Source: an uncultured Chthonomonadaceae bacterium (GTDB taxonomy: Bacteria > Armatimonadota > Chthonomonadetes > Chthonomonadales > Chthonomonadaceae). From it: a stretch of DNA of 64,000 bases. A model generated the notes under the pieces. That model saw only the letters and a list, made by a program, of their open reading frames with translations. It was not told where the DNA came from and made no database searches. The first letter of the stretch is position 1; each line of letters opens with the position of its first letter. The stretch spans positions 640,001 to 704,000 of the forward strand of contig CAWFQB010000004.1 in the NCBI GenBank assembly GCA_963817895.1, in the 5' to 3' direction. Positions 9,603 through 18,735 of this stretch are shown here, piece after piece. Position numbers and translations under genes: made by a program.

Positions 9603-11141
9603 TTAGTCTGCCAGTTCACCGGTAAAGCCGGTTAAATTCGCTTCCAGTGCGCGGACGGGAACCAGTTTGCCGATGAGCGAATCCAGTGAACGGGTTCCCC
9701 CGGCGGGAACGGTGAAGTTGACCATTTTCTGGGTTCGGGTGTAGCCGCTCAGACGGTTCGGGTCGCGCTGGCTGCGGCCTTCCACCAGTACCTCAAAGAC
9801 CTGTCCGACCTGCGCCTGATTGATTTCCACCGTGATCTGATTCTGGCGGGCAATCAGGGCGTTCAAGCGTTCGATTTTCACTTTTTGCGGAACCTGATTT
9901 TCCATTGCGGCGGCTTTGGTGTTCGGGCGCGGGCTGTACGCGAACATGAACGCCGAGTCGAAGCGGATTTCTTCCACCATTCGCATCGTATTGGCTACTT
10001 GTTCGTCGGTTTCGCCCGGATAGCCGAGCATCATATCCGTCGTGATGGCGATGCCGGGAACGCGGGCGCGAAGGTTGTCCACGATTTCTCGGTAGCGAGC
10101 AACCGTATAGCCCCGGTGCATCTCCAGCAGCAATTCGTCGTCGCCCACTTGCAGCGGCAGGTGTACATGTTCACAGACGTGTTCCAGCCGCCCGATGGCT
10201 TCAATAAGTTCATCGGTAAAATCGCGCGGGTAGGGACTGGTGAACCGGATGCGCTGTATGCCGCGAATGGCATTGATCTGTTCCAGCAATTGCGCGAACG
10301 GAACGCGGCCTTCCGGCAGGTTTTTGCCATACGAGTTGACCGTCTGGCCGAGCAGGGTGATTTCGCGCGTCCCATTTCGCGCCAGCCCTCGATTTCCGCC
10401 AGAACCTCTTCGGTCGGGCGGCTGCGTTCTCGTCCCCGCGTGAGCGGCACGATGCAAAACGTGCAGAACTTGTCGCAGCCGTACATAATCGGCACATGCG
10501 CCTTCAATTTGGCCTTGCGCTCCACAACGCGGGCCGGAATATCCGCCACAATCGCGCCCTTGCGCGGCGGCAATTGCAGCGCGGTCAGCGTGGTCGTTTG
10601 CGTTTTGCCCCGCGACAGTCAAGAGGAAATAGGGATAAGGGATGAGGGATGAGGGATGAGAGGTACACGCCTCTTTTCCGTTCTCCTCTTCTCCTTTTCT
10701 CCTTTTCTCCTCTTCTAAAACAACCTCGCCCGACTTGACGCGCCGGACCATTTCAGGAATGGCGGAAATATTGCCCGTGCCGACGACCATATCTACATGG
10801 GGAGCGCGGCGCTTGATTTCCACGCTTTCCACCTGCGCCATGCAGCCGCACACGCCGATGACCATGTCCGGGCGGTCTCGCTTGATGTCGCGCAGTCGGC
10901 CTAATTCGCTCCATACCTTTTCTTCGGGTTTGGCGCGGACGGAACAGGTATTGAGCAGCACAACATCGGCTTTTTCCGCATCGGCAACCGGCTGGTAGCC
11001 CATAGATTCCATGTACAGCGCGATCTGCTCCGAGTCTTCCTCGTTCATCTGGCAGCCCCACGTCATAATATGATAGCCGGGCGCAGGCGAAGCGGTTTCT
11101 TGACTGGCGGCGTCAGGCAGAGCAGCGGTTTGCTCGAACAA
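9603..11141 (-). CDS. miaB: tRNA methylthiotransferase MiaB (two compensating frameshifts)
   Basis: TWGCQMN, LNTCSVR and GCMAQ in the N-terminal domain; radical [11 protein letters not shown] lies in the alternative frame 10031..10573; C-terminal TRAM domain. Confidence 0.93.
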   Translation of the reverse strand: MFEQTAALPDAASQETASPAPGYHIMTWGCQMNEEDSEQIALYMESMGYQPVADAEKADVVLLNTCSVRAKPEEKVWSELGRLRDIKRDRPDMVIGVCGCMAQVESVEIKRRAPHVDMVVGTGNISAIPEMVRRVKSGEVVLEEEKRRKGEEENGKEACTSHPSSLIPYPYFLLTVAGQNANDHADRAAIAAAQGRDCGGYSGPRCGAQGQIEGACADYVRLRQVLHVLHRAAHAGTRTQPPDRRGSGGNRGLARNGTREITLLGQTVNSYGKNLPEGRVPFAQLLEQINAIRGIQRIRFTSPYPRDFTDELIEAIGRLEHVCEHVHLPLQVGDDELLLEMHRGYTVARYREIVDNLRARVPGIAITTDMMLGYPGETDEQVANTMRMVEEIRFDSAFMFAYSPRPNTKAAAMENQVPQKVKIERLNALIARQNQITVEINQAQVGQVFEVLVEGRSQRDPNRLSGYTRTQKMVNFTVPAGGTRSLDSLIGKLVPVRALEANLTGFTGELAD

Positions 11142-11274
11142 TCGTTTAGTAGGTTAGAAATGCTCACGATAATCCCAATCTTAATGCGTTATGATTACAG
11201 GGCGGCGCGATACAGGGCAGCCGTGCAGGTGAAATCGTATCTGGAAATTCCAACGGCAGCGAAAATGTGAAAGC

Positions 11275-11313
11275 CTTGACAAATCTCACAGGCGAAGTGT
11301 GTGAAATCTCACA
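11275..11313. promoter_or_regulatory. Two tandem CRP-like boxes
   Basis: CTTGA-N6-TCACA (11275-11290) and TGTGT-N6-TCACA (11298-11313) in a divergent intergenic region. Confidence 0.45.
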
Positions 11314-11527
11314 ATCGAAGCCCCTACTTTGGCGCGTATTAACGACTCTAGTATAGCAGATACGCCCTGTGGTTGCCGAATTCCAACATCAGGCGGCGCG
11401 TGACGGTAATAGCCCACTCGCCGCGTTGTATATGCGCTGCAAAAGATGCTAAAATTGTAGAACTTCCCGGTGACTTATGCTGAGAAACGGAAGAACGACG
11501 ACAATGACGACAATGACGACAATGGAA

Positions 11528-12932
11528 ATGACAACTCACGATACGGAACAGTTGCGCGACCAATTGCAGGAGATGCGGCAAAACGGCTGGATTTGCGCGA
11601 ACGCCAACTGCATACCGTGCATGAAATCAGTTCGGCCCTCGCCTCGCAGACGCGATCTCAACTCCATTTTGCGGGAAACCCTGCGCGTGTCGCTGAAAAC
11701 AGTCTGCGCGGATGCCGGCTCGCTCTTGCTGTACGACGCGGAGAAGCGCAAACTGGTATTCGAGTTCGTCGTCGGCAAAACGGAACTCATCGGGATGGAG
11801 ATTGATCCCGAAACCGATTTGAACGGCAAGGCTTCGACGGTATTTCGCACCGGGCAACCGCTCATCACGCTGGACACGATGAAGGAGGGCTACAACCGAC
11901 TTTCGATCAGAAGACCGGCTATAAAACGTCCAGTATCATCACGGTTCCCCTGAAAAACATGGGCGGCAAACCGCTGGGCGTGATGCAGGCGCTCAACAAA
12001 ACGGAGGGGCATTTCGACGAAGAGGATCAGGAACTGCTGGAAATCGTCAGCAGTCTCGCGGCCACTTCAATTGTCAACGCGCGCCTGGCCGAAGAAGCGC
12101 AGCTTGCCGCTGTCGCCCGCGCGGTCGGGGATTTGAGCCACGACATCAAAAACGCCCTGACGCCCGTTGAGTCCATGATAGATACCACTGTAGAAGCCTT
12201 CTTTGAGCCGATGTATCAGGCGCTGGATGAGCATCAAGCCGGAATGGCAGGCGCAATCGCCCAAAGTGACGACGGAGATCATGGAGGTGGTCGAGCCGCT
12301 GCGCGCCTGGTATCCCGAAATGCAGATCTTCCGTAAAGGACGGCTGCGCCGACATTCGCGAAATGGTATCGGAAATCGCCGATTACATCAAGGGTACGCA
12401 GTCTACCTATATGGAGGAAAACGACATTCGGGAGGTGCTGGAAGAGCGGCTGCGGCGGCTGCGCGTGGTGGCAAAACAGCGGCGCATCACCCTGCACCTG
12501 AATGAGAATACGGACGCGAATGAGACGACGGTTCCCGTATTCGCTTTCGACCGGCGGCTTGGTCGGACGGGCCGTTTTCAATCTCATCAACAACGCGATG
12601 GGAGCCATCAACGACGCCGTGAAAAAGAGGACGCTGGAACTGCGCCCCTTCAACATCTGGATACGCGCCTCATCCGTTCAGGAGGGCGAATGGCCGGAAG
12701 GCCGATATTGCCTGCTGGAAGTCCGCGACGACGGGCCGGGCATCCCGCCCAAAGTGCTGGAATCGCTGTTCACGCCACAGGTCATCAGCACCACGATTGG
12801 CGGAACGGGCATCGGCACGCGCTTCGTGAAAAGCGTGGCCGACGCGCACGGCGGCGCGGTCGGCGTGGAAAGCGAACCGGGCAACGGCGCGCGTTTCTGG
12901 CTGAAACTGCCGCTTCGACAGCAAAGGAGTGA
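11528..12932 (+). CDS. GAF-domain sensor histidine kinase (multiply frameshifted; 3' end uncertain)
   Basis: Fragments: GAF (GVMQALNK..FDEED), H-box LSHDIKN, N-box NLINNA, DDGPGI, GTGIG. Confidence 0.8.
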
Positions 12933-12968
12933 AGGAATGAAATATCATTCATCCTCTCATCCTTTGCC

Positions 12969-13669
12969 TCACGCGCTTTGCAGCACCTTGTCTTCCAGCC
13001 CTTTTTTGTTCAGGACGGTCAGGCGATAGCGGCTGTCTACGGAAATCAGATTTTTGGCGCGGTACGCGACCATTACTTTGTTGACGCTTTCGCGGGCCGC
13101 GCCGACGAGATCGGCGATGTCCTGCTGCGTCAGGCGGATGGGGATGAGAATGTTGCCGTCCGGCTGCGGTTCGCCATACAATTCGCAAAACTCCACGATT
13201 TGAAAGGCGACAAGGCCGTACACGTCGAGGGTACAGTGCGCCTGTATTCGCACGTTCGCCAGACGAAGGCGGCGAGCCAGAATCACGCATCATGTTGCGG
13301 GGAAAAGTGGAGCCGTCCTTCATCAGGCGGTCAAAGGCAACGCGGTCAATGCTGATCATCGTGGTCGGTTCCTGCGTGACCACATCGGCGGAGCGTCCGT
13401 TAGAGTCGATCAGGCTCATTTCGCCTACCGTATCCCCGGTGGCGAGCAGGGCGAGAAACACCTGCTGGCCGTCCGGCAGCGAAGTAGAGACACGGACGGT
13501 TCCGTGCTGAATAACGTAAAAAATGTTCGCCCGGATCTTCCTGACTGAAAAGGATCGCGTTGGCTTTGTAAGTGCGTTCGCGCGCGTGTTCGGCAATGAA
13601 CGCCAGTTGGTCGGGAGTCAACCCATCGAAAAGAGCGATTTTGGGCAGGCGATGTGGATCAAGTGCCAT
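12969..13669 (-). CDS. Crp/Fnr family cNMP-binding transcriptional regulator (frameshifted)
   Basis: Phosphate-binding cassette GEMSLIDSNGRSADV; HTH LTQQDIADLVGAARESVNK; spread over three ORF fragments. Confidence 0.88.
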
Positions 13670-13868
13670 GAACGTGCAACCCTCCCCGGACATAAGCGCC
13701 GGAACTGCGATTAAGCGCGTCAAACTGTGAAAAAAGATAAGCAATAGTACGGTGACATGAACGCATTATAGACCGCGCCGCAACACTTGTCAAGCCGATG
13801 CGCCGGGGAAATGCGTTCCTATTATAACCGGCGTTTTGGATGGCGATAAAAGCCTGTTCCTGTAGGTT

Positions 13869-13910
13869 CCCCTTCTCCCAATTTTGGGAGAAGGGGTTAG
13901 GGGTTGAGGG
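13869..13910. repeat. REP-like palindromic element, CCCTCACCCC..GGGAGAGGGG family (reverse orientation)
   Basis: ccccttctcccaattttgggagaagggg hairpin followed by ttaggggttgaggg; related to 28354 and 33411. Confidence 0.75.
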
Positions 13911-13942
13911 CTATTTGGGATAGACAGCAAAGGAGGCATCAA

Positions 13943-14557
13943 ATGCCGGAAGAAATCGAATTGGATATACGGGAACAGCAGGAAAAAATGGAGGAGATGC
14001 ACAGGGAACACGAGGAACATTCCGAGCATCCGCCCTCGCAACTATGGGTGCGCCTGATCTCCCTGAGTACAGCATTTCTGGCCGTGATTGCCGCTGTCGC
14101 CGCGCTGCAATCCGGTTCCCTTGTGAACGAGGCGCTGCTGGAACAGATCAAGGGGACGCAATCGCAGGCGAAAGCGTCGGATAGCTGGACGTATTATCAG
14201 GCGAAGGGACTGAAGCAGAACGGCGCGGAGCAGACCGCCGCGATTTTAGCCGCCAATCCCGCGCAGACAAAGGCGACGGAACATTACCGCGAAGAGGCGA
14301 AACGCTACTGGGAAGAGAAAGAGAAGCAAAAGGCCGACGCGGAAAAGCTGGAGGAGGAGCGCGACAAATCCAACGAAGCCTCCGAACACTTCATGCACAA
14401 GCACCATATCTTCGCCATTTGCGTGACTCTGACGCAGATCGCCATCGCGCTTTCCGCCATCGCCGCCCTGACCCGCCGCAAAGACGTCTGGTACGGAAGT
14501 CTCGCAGTTGGGTTGGTGGGATTATTTTACCTCGTTTATGGCTATGCGCAGCATTGA
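13943..14557 (+). CDS. DUF4337-like membrane protein
   Basis: TM - ASDSWTYYQAK - coiled coil - 2 TM layout; AAGGAGG RBS. Confidence 0.8.
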   Translation: MPEEIELDIREQQEKMEEMHREHEEHSEHPPSQLWVRLISLSTAFLAVIAAVAALQSGSLVNEALLEQIKGTQSQAKASDSWTYYQAKGLKQNGAEQTAAILAANPAQTKATEHYREEAKRYWEEKEKQKADAEKLEEERDKSNEASEHFMHKHHIFAICVTLTQIAIALSAIAALTRRKDVWYGSLAVGLVGLFYLVYGYAQH

Positions 14558-14566
14558 GAAGCGTTT

Positions 14567-15538
14567 TTAGTTTGCAAGGGCGGTGTTGAAGAATGTGGTT
14601 ATTTGGTGGGCGTATTCGGCGGGCGCGACGTTCTGCGCGCTGATATGATCCGCGCCGGGAACATGCCACAAACTTTTGGGCTGTCCGGCGGCCTGCAAAA
14701 GCGCCTGCGTCTCTTCGGGCGGGCAGAGCGTGTCGGAACCGTCTTCAATCAATAGCAAGGGACGCGGCGCGATACGGGCGATTTCTTCAATCGGAGCAAT
14801 GTCGGCGCAGCTTTTGCCGATAAGCGCCTGCCCGATGAGGCGCGTGGGAACGGCAAGGAGGGGAGCGGCTGCGCCCAAAACGGAGCGGAAATGGTTGTTG
14901 ACGGCATGATCCAGTCTGGCGAACGGGCTTTCCGCAACCACGCCCTTTACGTCGGCGCAGCGGGCTGCGCCCATCAGCACAACCACCCCGCCCATAGACT
15001 CGCCAAGCAGCCCGAGAGGAACAGGCTTCATTTCCGGGCGCGATTTCACATATTCTATCGCAGCCAGTAAATCTCCCACTTCGCGGTAGCCGAGCGTGCA
15101 GCGCGTGCCTTCGCTTTCGCCCCTTGCCCGAAAATCGAACAGCAGCACGGCAAAATGGGCTTTATGCAGGATCGCGGCGGTGGCAAGCAGATCGGTTCGG
15201 TCGCTGTCCACGCCGTGACAGCAGACAATCACGCCTTTGGGCTTACCGTCAGTCGGAATAAACCAGCCATGCAGCGTCAGTTTGTCCGGCGCGGCAAAGA
15301 CGATATTCTCATATTTCAGGCTATGCGCCCGTGGCGTCACCATAAGTTTGTGCTGTTTGGGCCGAACCGTTTCCCATGCCAGCCTGCCGCATATTATCAG
15401 ATAAGCCGAGACATTCAGCAGCAGAAGTATCAGCACCCTCCATCGAGAGCGTTTGCGCGGTCCCGGCAACCGGCGCGTCCTCGCTTTCAAGAACGGCAGG
15501 TTCCCATTCTCTTCCTCCGCATCAGTAATCCTGTCCAT
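14567..15538 (-). CDS. Alpha/beta hydrolase with N-terminal TM
   Basis: CCHG, FDFRARGES, nucleophile GESMGG, Asp and His (GADH). Confidence 0.9.
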   Translation of the reverse strand: MDRITDAEEENGNLPFLKARTRRLPGPRKRSRWRVLILLLLNVSAYLIICGRLAWETVRPKQHKLMVTPRAHSLKYENIVFAAPDKLTLHGWFIPTDGKPKGVIVCCHGVDSDRTDLLATAAILHKAHFAVLLFDFRARGESEGTRCTLGYREVGDLLAAIEYVKSRPEMKPVPLGLLGESMGGVVVLMGAARCADVKGVVAESPFARLDHAVNNHFRSVLGAAAPLLAVPTRLIGQALIGKSCADIAPIEEIARIAPRPLLLIEDGSDTLCPPEETQALLQAAGQPKSLWHVPGADHISAQNVAPAEYAHQITTFFNTALAN

Positions 15539-15594
15539 CCTGAAAAATCCTGTTCATCCTGTCTATTTTCCGTTGTTTGTCTACCGTCTACCGT

Positions 15595-16011
15595 CTACTT
15601 CCTGCGCCGATTGCGGCGGGAGCGGGGGCTGTGTTCAAAACGGGGAATATACAGCCCGTTGCCGCGTAGGTTCGGTATCCATGCCGGAACATCCTCCTGC
15701 AACGGCAAATCGGTCACGCCCTGTTCGGCCAGCCAGAGCAGCAGTTCCTGTGAGCGCGGATCGTTGCGGGCGCGTTCGCGCAGCGTGCCAATCGCGTGTC
15801 CGGCGGCATCGCGGACAGCGGGGCCGGTGGGTTCGGCATACGTCTGGAAAATGGCGATCCACAACTCTTTGTCGTAGCGGCGGTTGCGGCAGGGACAGGC
15901 GGCGCGGAGAGCGGCGTTTTGCTTTACCGGATCGTCGCAGGCCAGTTCTTCCAGCAGGCGGGGAACATCGCGAAACGAGATGCGGGCGTCGTGTTGTTTA
16001 TCTTCGGGCAT
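15595..16011 (-). CDS. Hypothetical helical (HEAT-like) protein with CPC motif
   Basis: ALRAACPCRNR; VRDAAGHAIGTL. Confidence 0.55.
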   Translation of the reverse strand: MPEDKQHDARISFRDVPRLLEELACDDPVKQNAALRAACPCRNRRYDKELWIAIFQTYAEPTGPAVRDAAGHAIGTLRERARNDPRSQELLLWLAEQGVTDLPLQEDVPAWIPNLRGNGLYIPRFEHSPRSRRNRRRK

Positions 16012-16148
16012 GATGGCAGCAATCCTTTCAGGAATCTACGCTTATATCGAATCGCGTCCCTTGATTGCTCAATGCGCCCCGCGAAGTGGAGCCATGCAGG
16101 AATTCCATTGCGAAGCGCGAATAAACATGCAGAAAAGGAGACAGCATC

Positions 16149-17096
16149 ATGTCTATCATTCACAGAGGAGTATTGTTTGCGCTGCTGCTGTTCATAATCG
16201 CCGCGACAAGAACCGCCGCGACAAACGCGGGCAAACCCGCCAATACCCGCCTGTACTACAGCGAGCAATGGCCCGATCACGCGCAGGTTTACGCGATGAA
16301 CGCGGACGGAACGCAGCCTACATGCCTGACGCCCACTTCGGATACGGATTATCGCCCCGCCGTGTCGCCGGACGGCAGAACCATTGCGTTCACCACGCAC
16401 CGCGACGGCGTCCGTTCCCTGTACCTGATGGACGCGGACGGCTCGCGTCAGCGCCGTCTGACTTCCGACAGTGACGCGGGCTTGCCCGCATGGTCGCCCG
16501 ATGGCAGGCAAATAGCATTTTCCAGCAATCGCAAAAACGGGTATTGTATCTGGACGATTAACGTAGATGGATCGCAAATTCGTCGCCTGACGAACGGGCC
16601 GTCCGACGACAGCCCTGCATGGATGCCGGATGGCCGCTCGCTCGCGTATCAGGGTAAGTCCGGCAGCAAGTGGCAGTTGTTTACAATTAGCGCGGACGGA
16701 ACCAACCTCCGAGCCATAACGAAAGGGTTATGGGATGACCGCTGGCCCGCCCCCTCACCCGACGGCAGCAAAATCGCTTTCACCAGTTACGAACAGGGCA
16801 ATGCCGACATTTACGTGATGGACACGAAAACCCTCCATTCCACGCGCCTGACCTCGAGCGCCGCCGATGACATACAGCCCGCATGGATGGCGGACGGCAA
16901 AACTCTGCTCTTTCACAGCAACCGGGCGGGGAAGTTCGACATCTTCTCCATCACAGCAACAGGCGCGGACGAACACCGCCTGACCGCAAGCGTAAAGGAT
17001 ACCCGCGAAATCGCCTGCTTCGTCCCACATGTAACTTCTGTTCCGACACGCGATAAGCGCCCTGCACGAACGCAATCCAACCACAAACGTAATTGA
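16149..17096 (+). CDS. TolB-like PD40 beta-propeller protein
   Basis: Signal peptide; repeated PAWSPDG..IAF motifs; AAGGAG RBS. Confidence 0.9.
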   Translation: MSIIHRGVLFALLLFIIAATRTAATNAGKPANTRLYYSEQWPDHAQVYAMNADGTQPTCLTPTSDTDYRPAVSPDGRTIAFTTHRDGVRSLYLMDADGSRQRRLTSDSDAGLPAWSPDGRQIAFSSNRKNGYCIWTINVDGSQIRRLTNGPSDDSPAWMPDGRSLAYQGKSGSKWQLFTISADGTNLRAITKGLWDDRWPAPSPDGSKIAFTSYEQGNADIYVMDTKTLHSTRLTSSAADDIQPAWMADGKTLLFHSNRAGKFDIFSITATGADEHRLTASVKDTREIACFVPHVTSVPTRDKRPARTQSNHKRN

Positions 17097-18703
17097 GAAC
17101 AGCATTGGTTGCGTATATAAGCGAAAGGAAGCGAAATACGTTGATGGACACAAAGAGGTGGCGCAAGGCGTGGGGGCGTTGGAGCGCAATGGCTGGTCTT
17201 GCAATAGGCTTGTTGGCGTGGGGAAGCGCTAACGCGATTGCGGCGGGAAATTTGACGCCGCTGAAGGTGGAAGGGACGCAGATTCTGGACGGCGCGAACA
17301 AGCGCGTTCGGCTGCGGGGCGTGAATGTGCCGAGTCTGGAATGGGATCGCAAAGGGGAGGGACACATTCTGGAAACGGTTCGCGTCGCCCTCAAAGACTG
17401 GCATGTCAACATCATCCGCCTGCCCGTCGCGCAGGATAGCTGGTTCGGCAAAATGCCCGATCAGGCGGATGAGGGCATGGCGTATCGCGCCCTTGTCCGG
17501 CAGGTTGTAGACCTGTGCTACGCGAACAACTGCTACGTGATTTTGGATTTGCACTGGAACGACGCGGGGCAGTGGGGGCAGAATGTCGGGCAGCACGTCA
17601 TGCCGGACGAAAACAGCCTGCTGTTCTGGAAGAGCGCGGCGACCGAATACAAAAACAATCCCGCCCTCATTTTCGACCTGTACAACGAGCCGCATGACGT
17701 GAGCTGGGACATCTGGCGGGACGGCGGGCAGGTGACGGAATCCGACGGCAAGGGTGGAACGCGAACCTACAAAGCCATTGGAATGCAGCCTCTTCTCAAC
17801 GCCGTTCGCGAAACCGGGGCTAAAAACGTCGCGCTCATCGGCGGCCTGAACTGGGCATACGATTTTGACGGCATACTGGCGGGACGGCAGCTGAAAGATA
17901 CGACCGGGCGCGGCGTGATATACGCCAACCATGCGTACCCGCAAAAAGGCGAATCCGTTGCCGTGTGGACAAAGCGCATGGAAACGGCGACCAAAACCCT
18001 GCCGGTTTTTGTGGGGGAGTTCGGCAGCGATCCGGGCGGTGGGGTGGGCGAAACGGGCGAATCGTGGGTGCGGCACGTATTGCAGGTAATTCAGGATCAC
18101 GACTGGAACTGGACGGCATGGGACCTGCATCCCGCCGCAACGCCGAAACTGGTTTCGGATTGGGAGTATCATCCGACCGCGCACTTTGGAGTTTGGGTCA
18201 AGCAGGCGCTGAATGGCACACTGGCGCATTATACGCCGCCTGATCCGGCTCTGATGGTGGCCCCTGCGCTGACGACGGGCGCGGTCTTCGCGGACGCGCT
18301 GGCGAACGGCTGGCAAAGCTACGGTTGGGCCAAACTGGACTACGGCAATACGTCCCCGGTTCACAGCGGCAAAACATCTATCAAGATACAGGCGGGGCCG
18401 TATGAGGCGATGTTCCTGCACCACGAACCCTTCCGTATCGGCAACATGCGTAATCTCACGTTCTGGATACACGGCGGGCCGGAGGGCGGGCAATCGCTGA
18501 AAGCGCAGGCGACCATTGGCGGCAAGCCGCAGACCGTGTTCACCCTGCCTAAAGTCTATCCGAACGCATGGCGCATGATCGTGGTTCCGCTTGCCGCGCT
18601 CGGCATCACGGACAAATCCAACATGGACGGCTTCTGGATAGAAAGCCTGAGCGCAACGCCTGTGCCGCCCTTCTATGTGGATGATATTGCGTTTACGCCA
18701 TAG
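17093..18703 (+). CDS. GH5 glycoside hydrolase with C-terminal CBM-like domain (true start likely slightly downstream)
   Basis: ILDLHW, LYNEPH acid/base, HAY, VGEFG nucleophile; signal peptide. Confidence 0.9.
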   Translation: MRTALVAYISERKRNTLMDTKRWRKAWGRWSAMAGLAIGLLAWGSANAIAAGNLTPLKVEGTQILDGANKRVRLRGVNVPSLEWDRKGEGHILETVRVALKDWHVNIIRLPVAQDSWFGKMPDQADEGMAYRALVRQVVDLCYANNCYVILDLHWNDAGQWGQNVGQHVMPDENSLLFWKSAATEYKNNPALIFDLYNEPHDVSWDIWRDGGQVTESDGKGGTRTYKAIGMQPLLNAVRETGAKNVALIGGLNWAYDFDGILAGRQLKDTTGRGVIYANHAYPQKGESVAVWTKRMETATKTLPVFVGEFGSDPGGGVGETGESWVRHVLQVIQDHDWNWTAWDLHPAATPKLVSDWEYHPTAHFGVWVKQALNGTLAHYTPPDPALMVAPALTTGAVFADALANGWQSYGWAKLDYGNTSPVHSGKTSIKIQAGPYEAMFLHHEPFRIGNMRNLTFWIHGGPEGGQSLKAQATIGGKPQTVFTLPKVYPNAWRMIVVPLAALGITDKSNMDGFWIESLSATPVPPFYVDDIAFTP

Positions 18704-18735
18704 TTCCTTTTGGCTAAACAGTTTGAGATTATAAT

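Noticed and set aside
9603..11141. Programmed frameshifting or intein in miaB
   Set aside because: Two compensating indels match the window-wide error pattern; no intein terminal motifs
11495..11525. 9-bp tandem repeat GACGACAAT x3 before the kinase
   Set aside because: Short, in-frame multiple of 3, no evidence for phase variation
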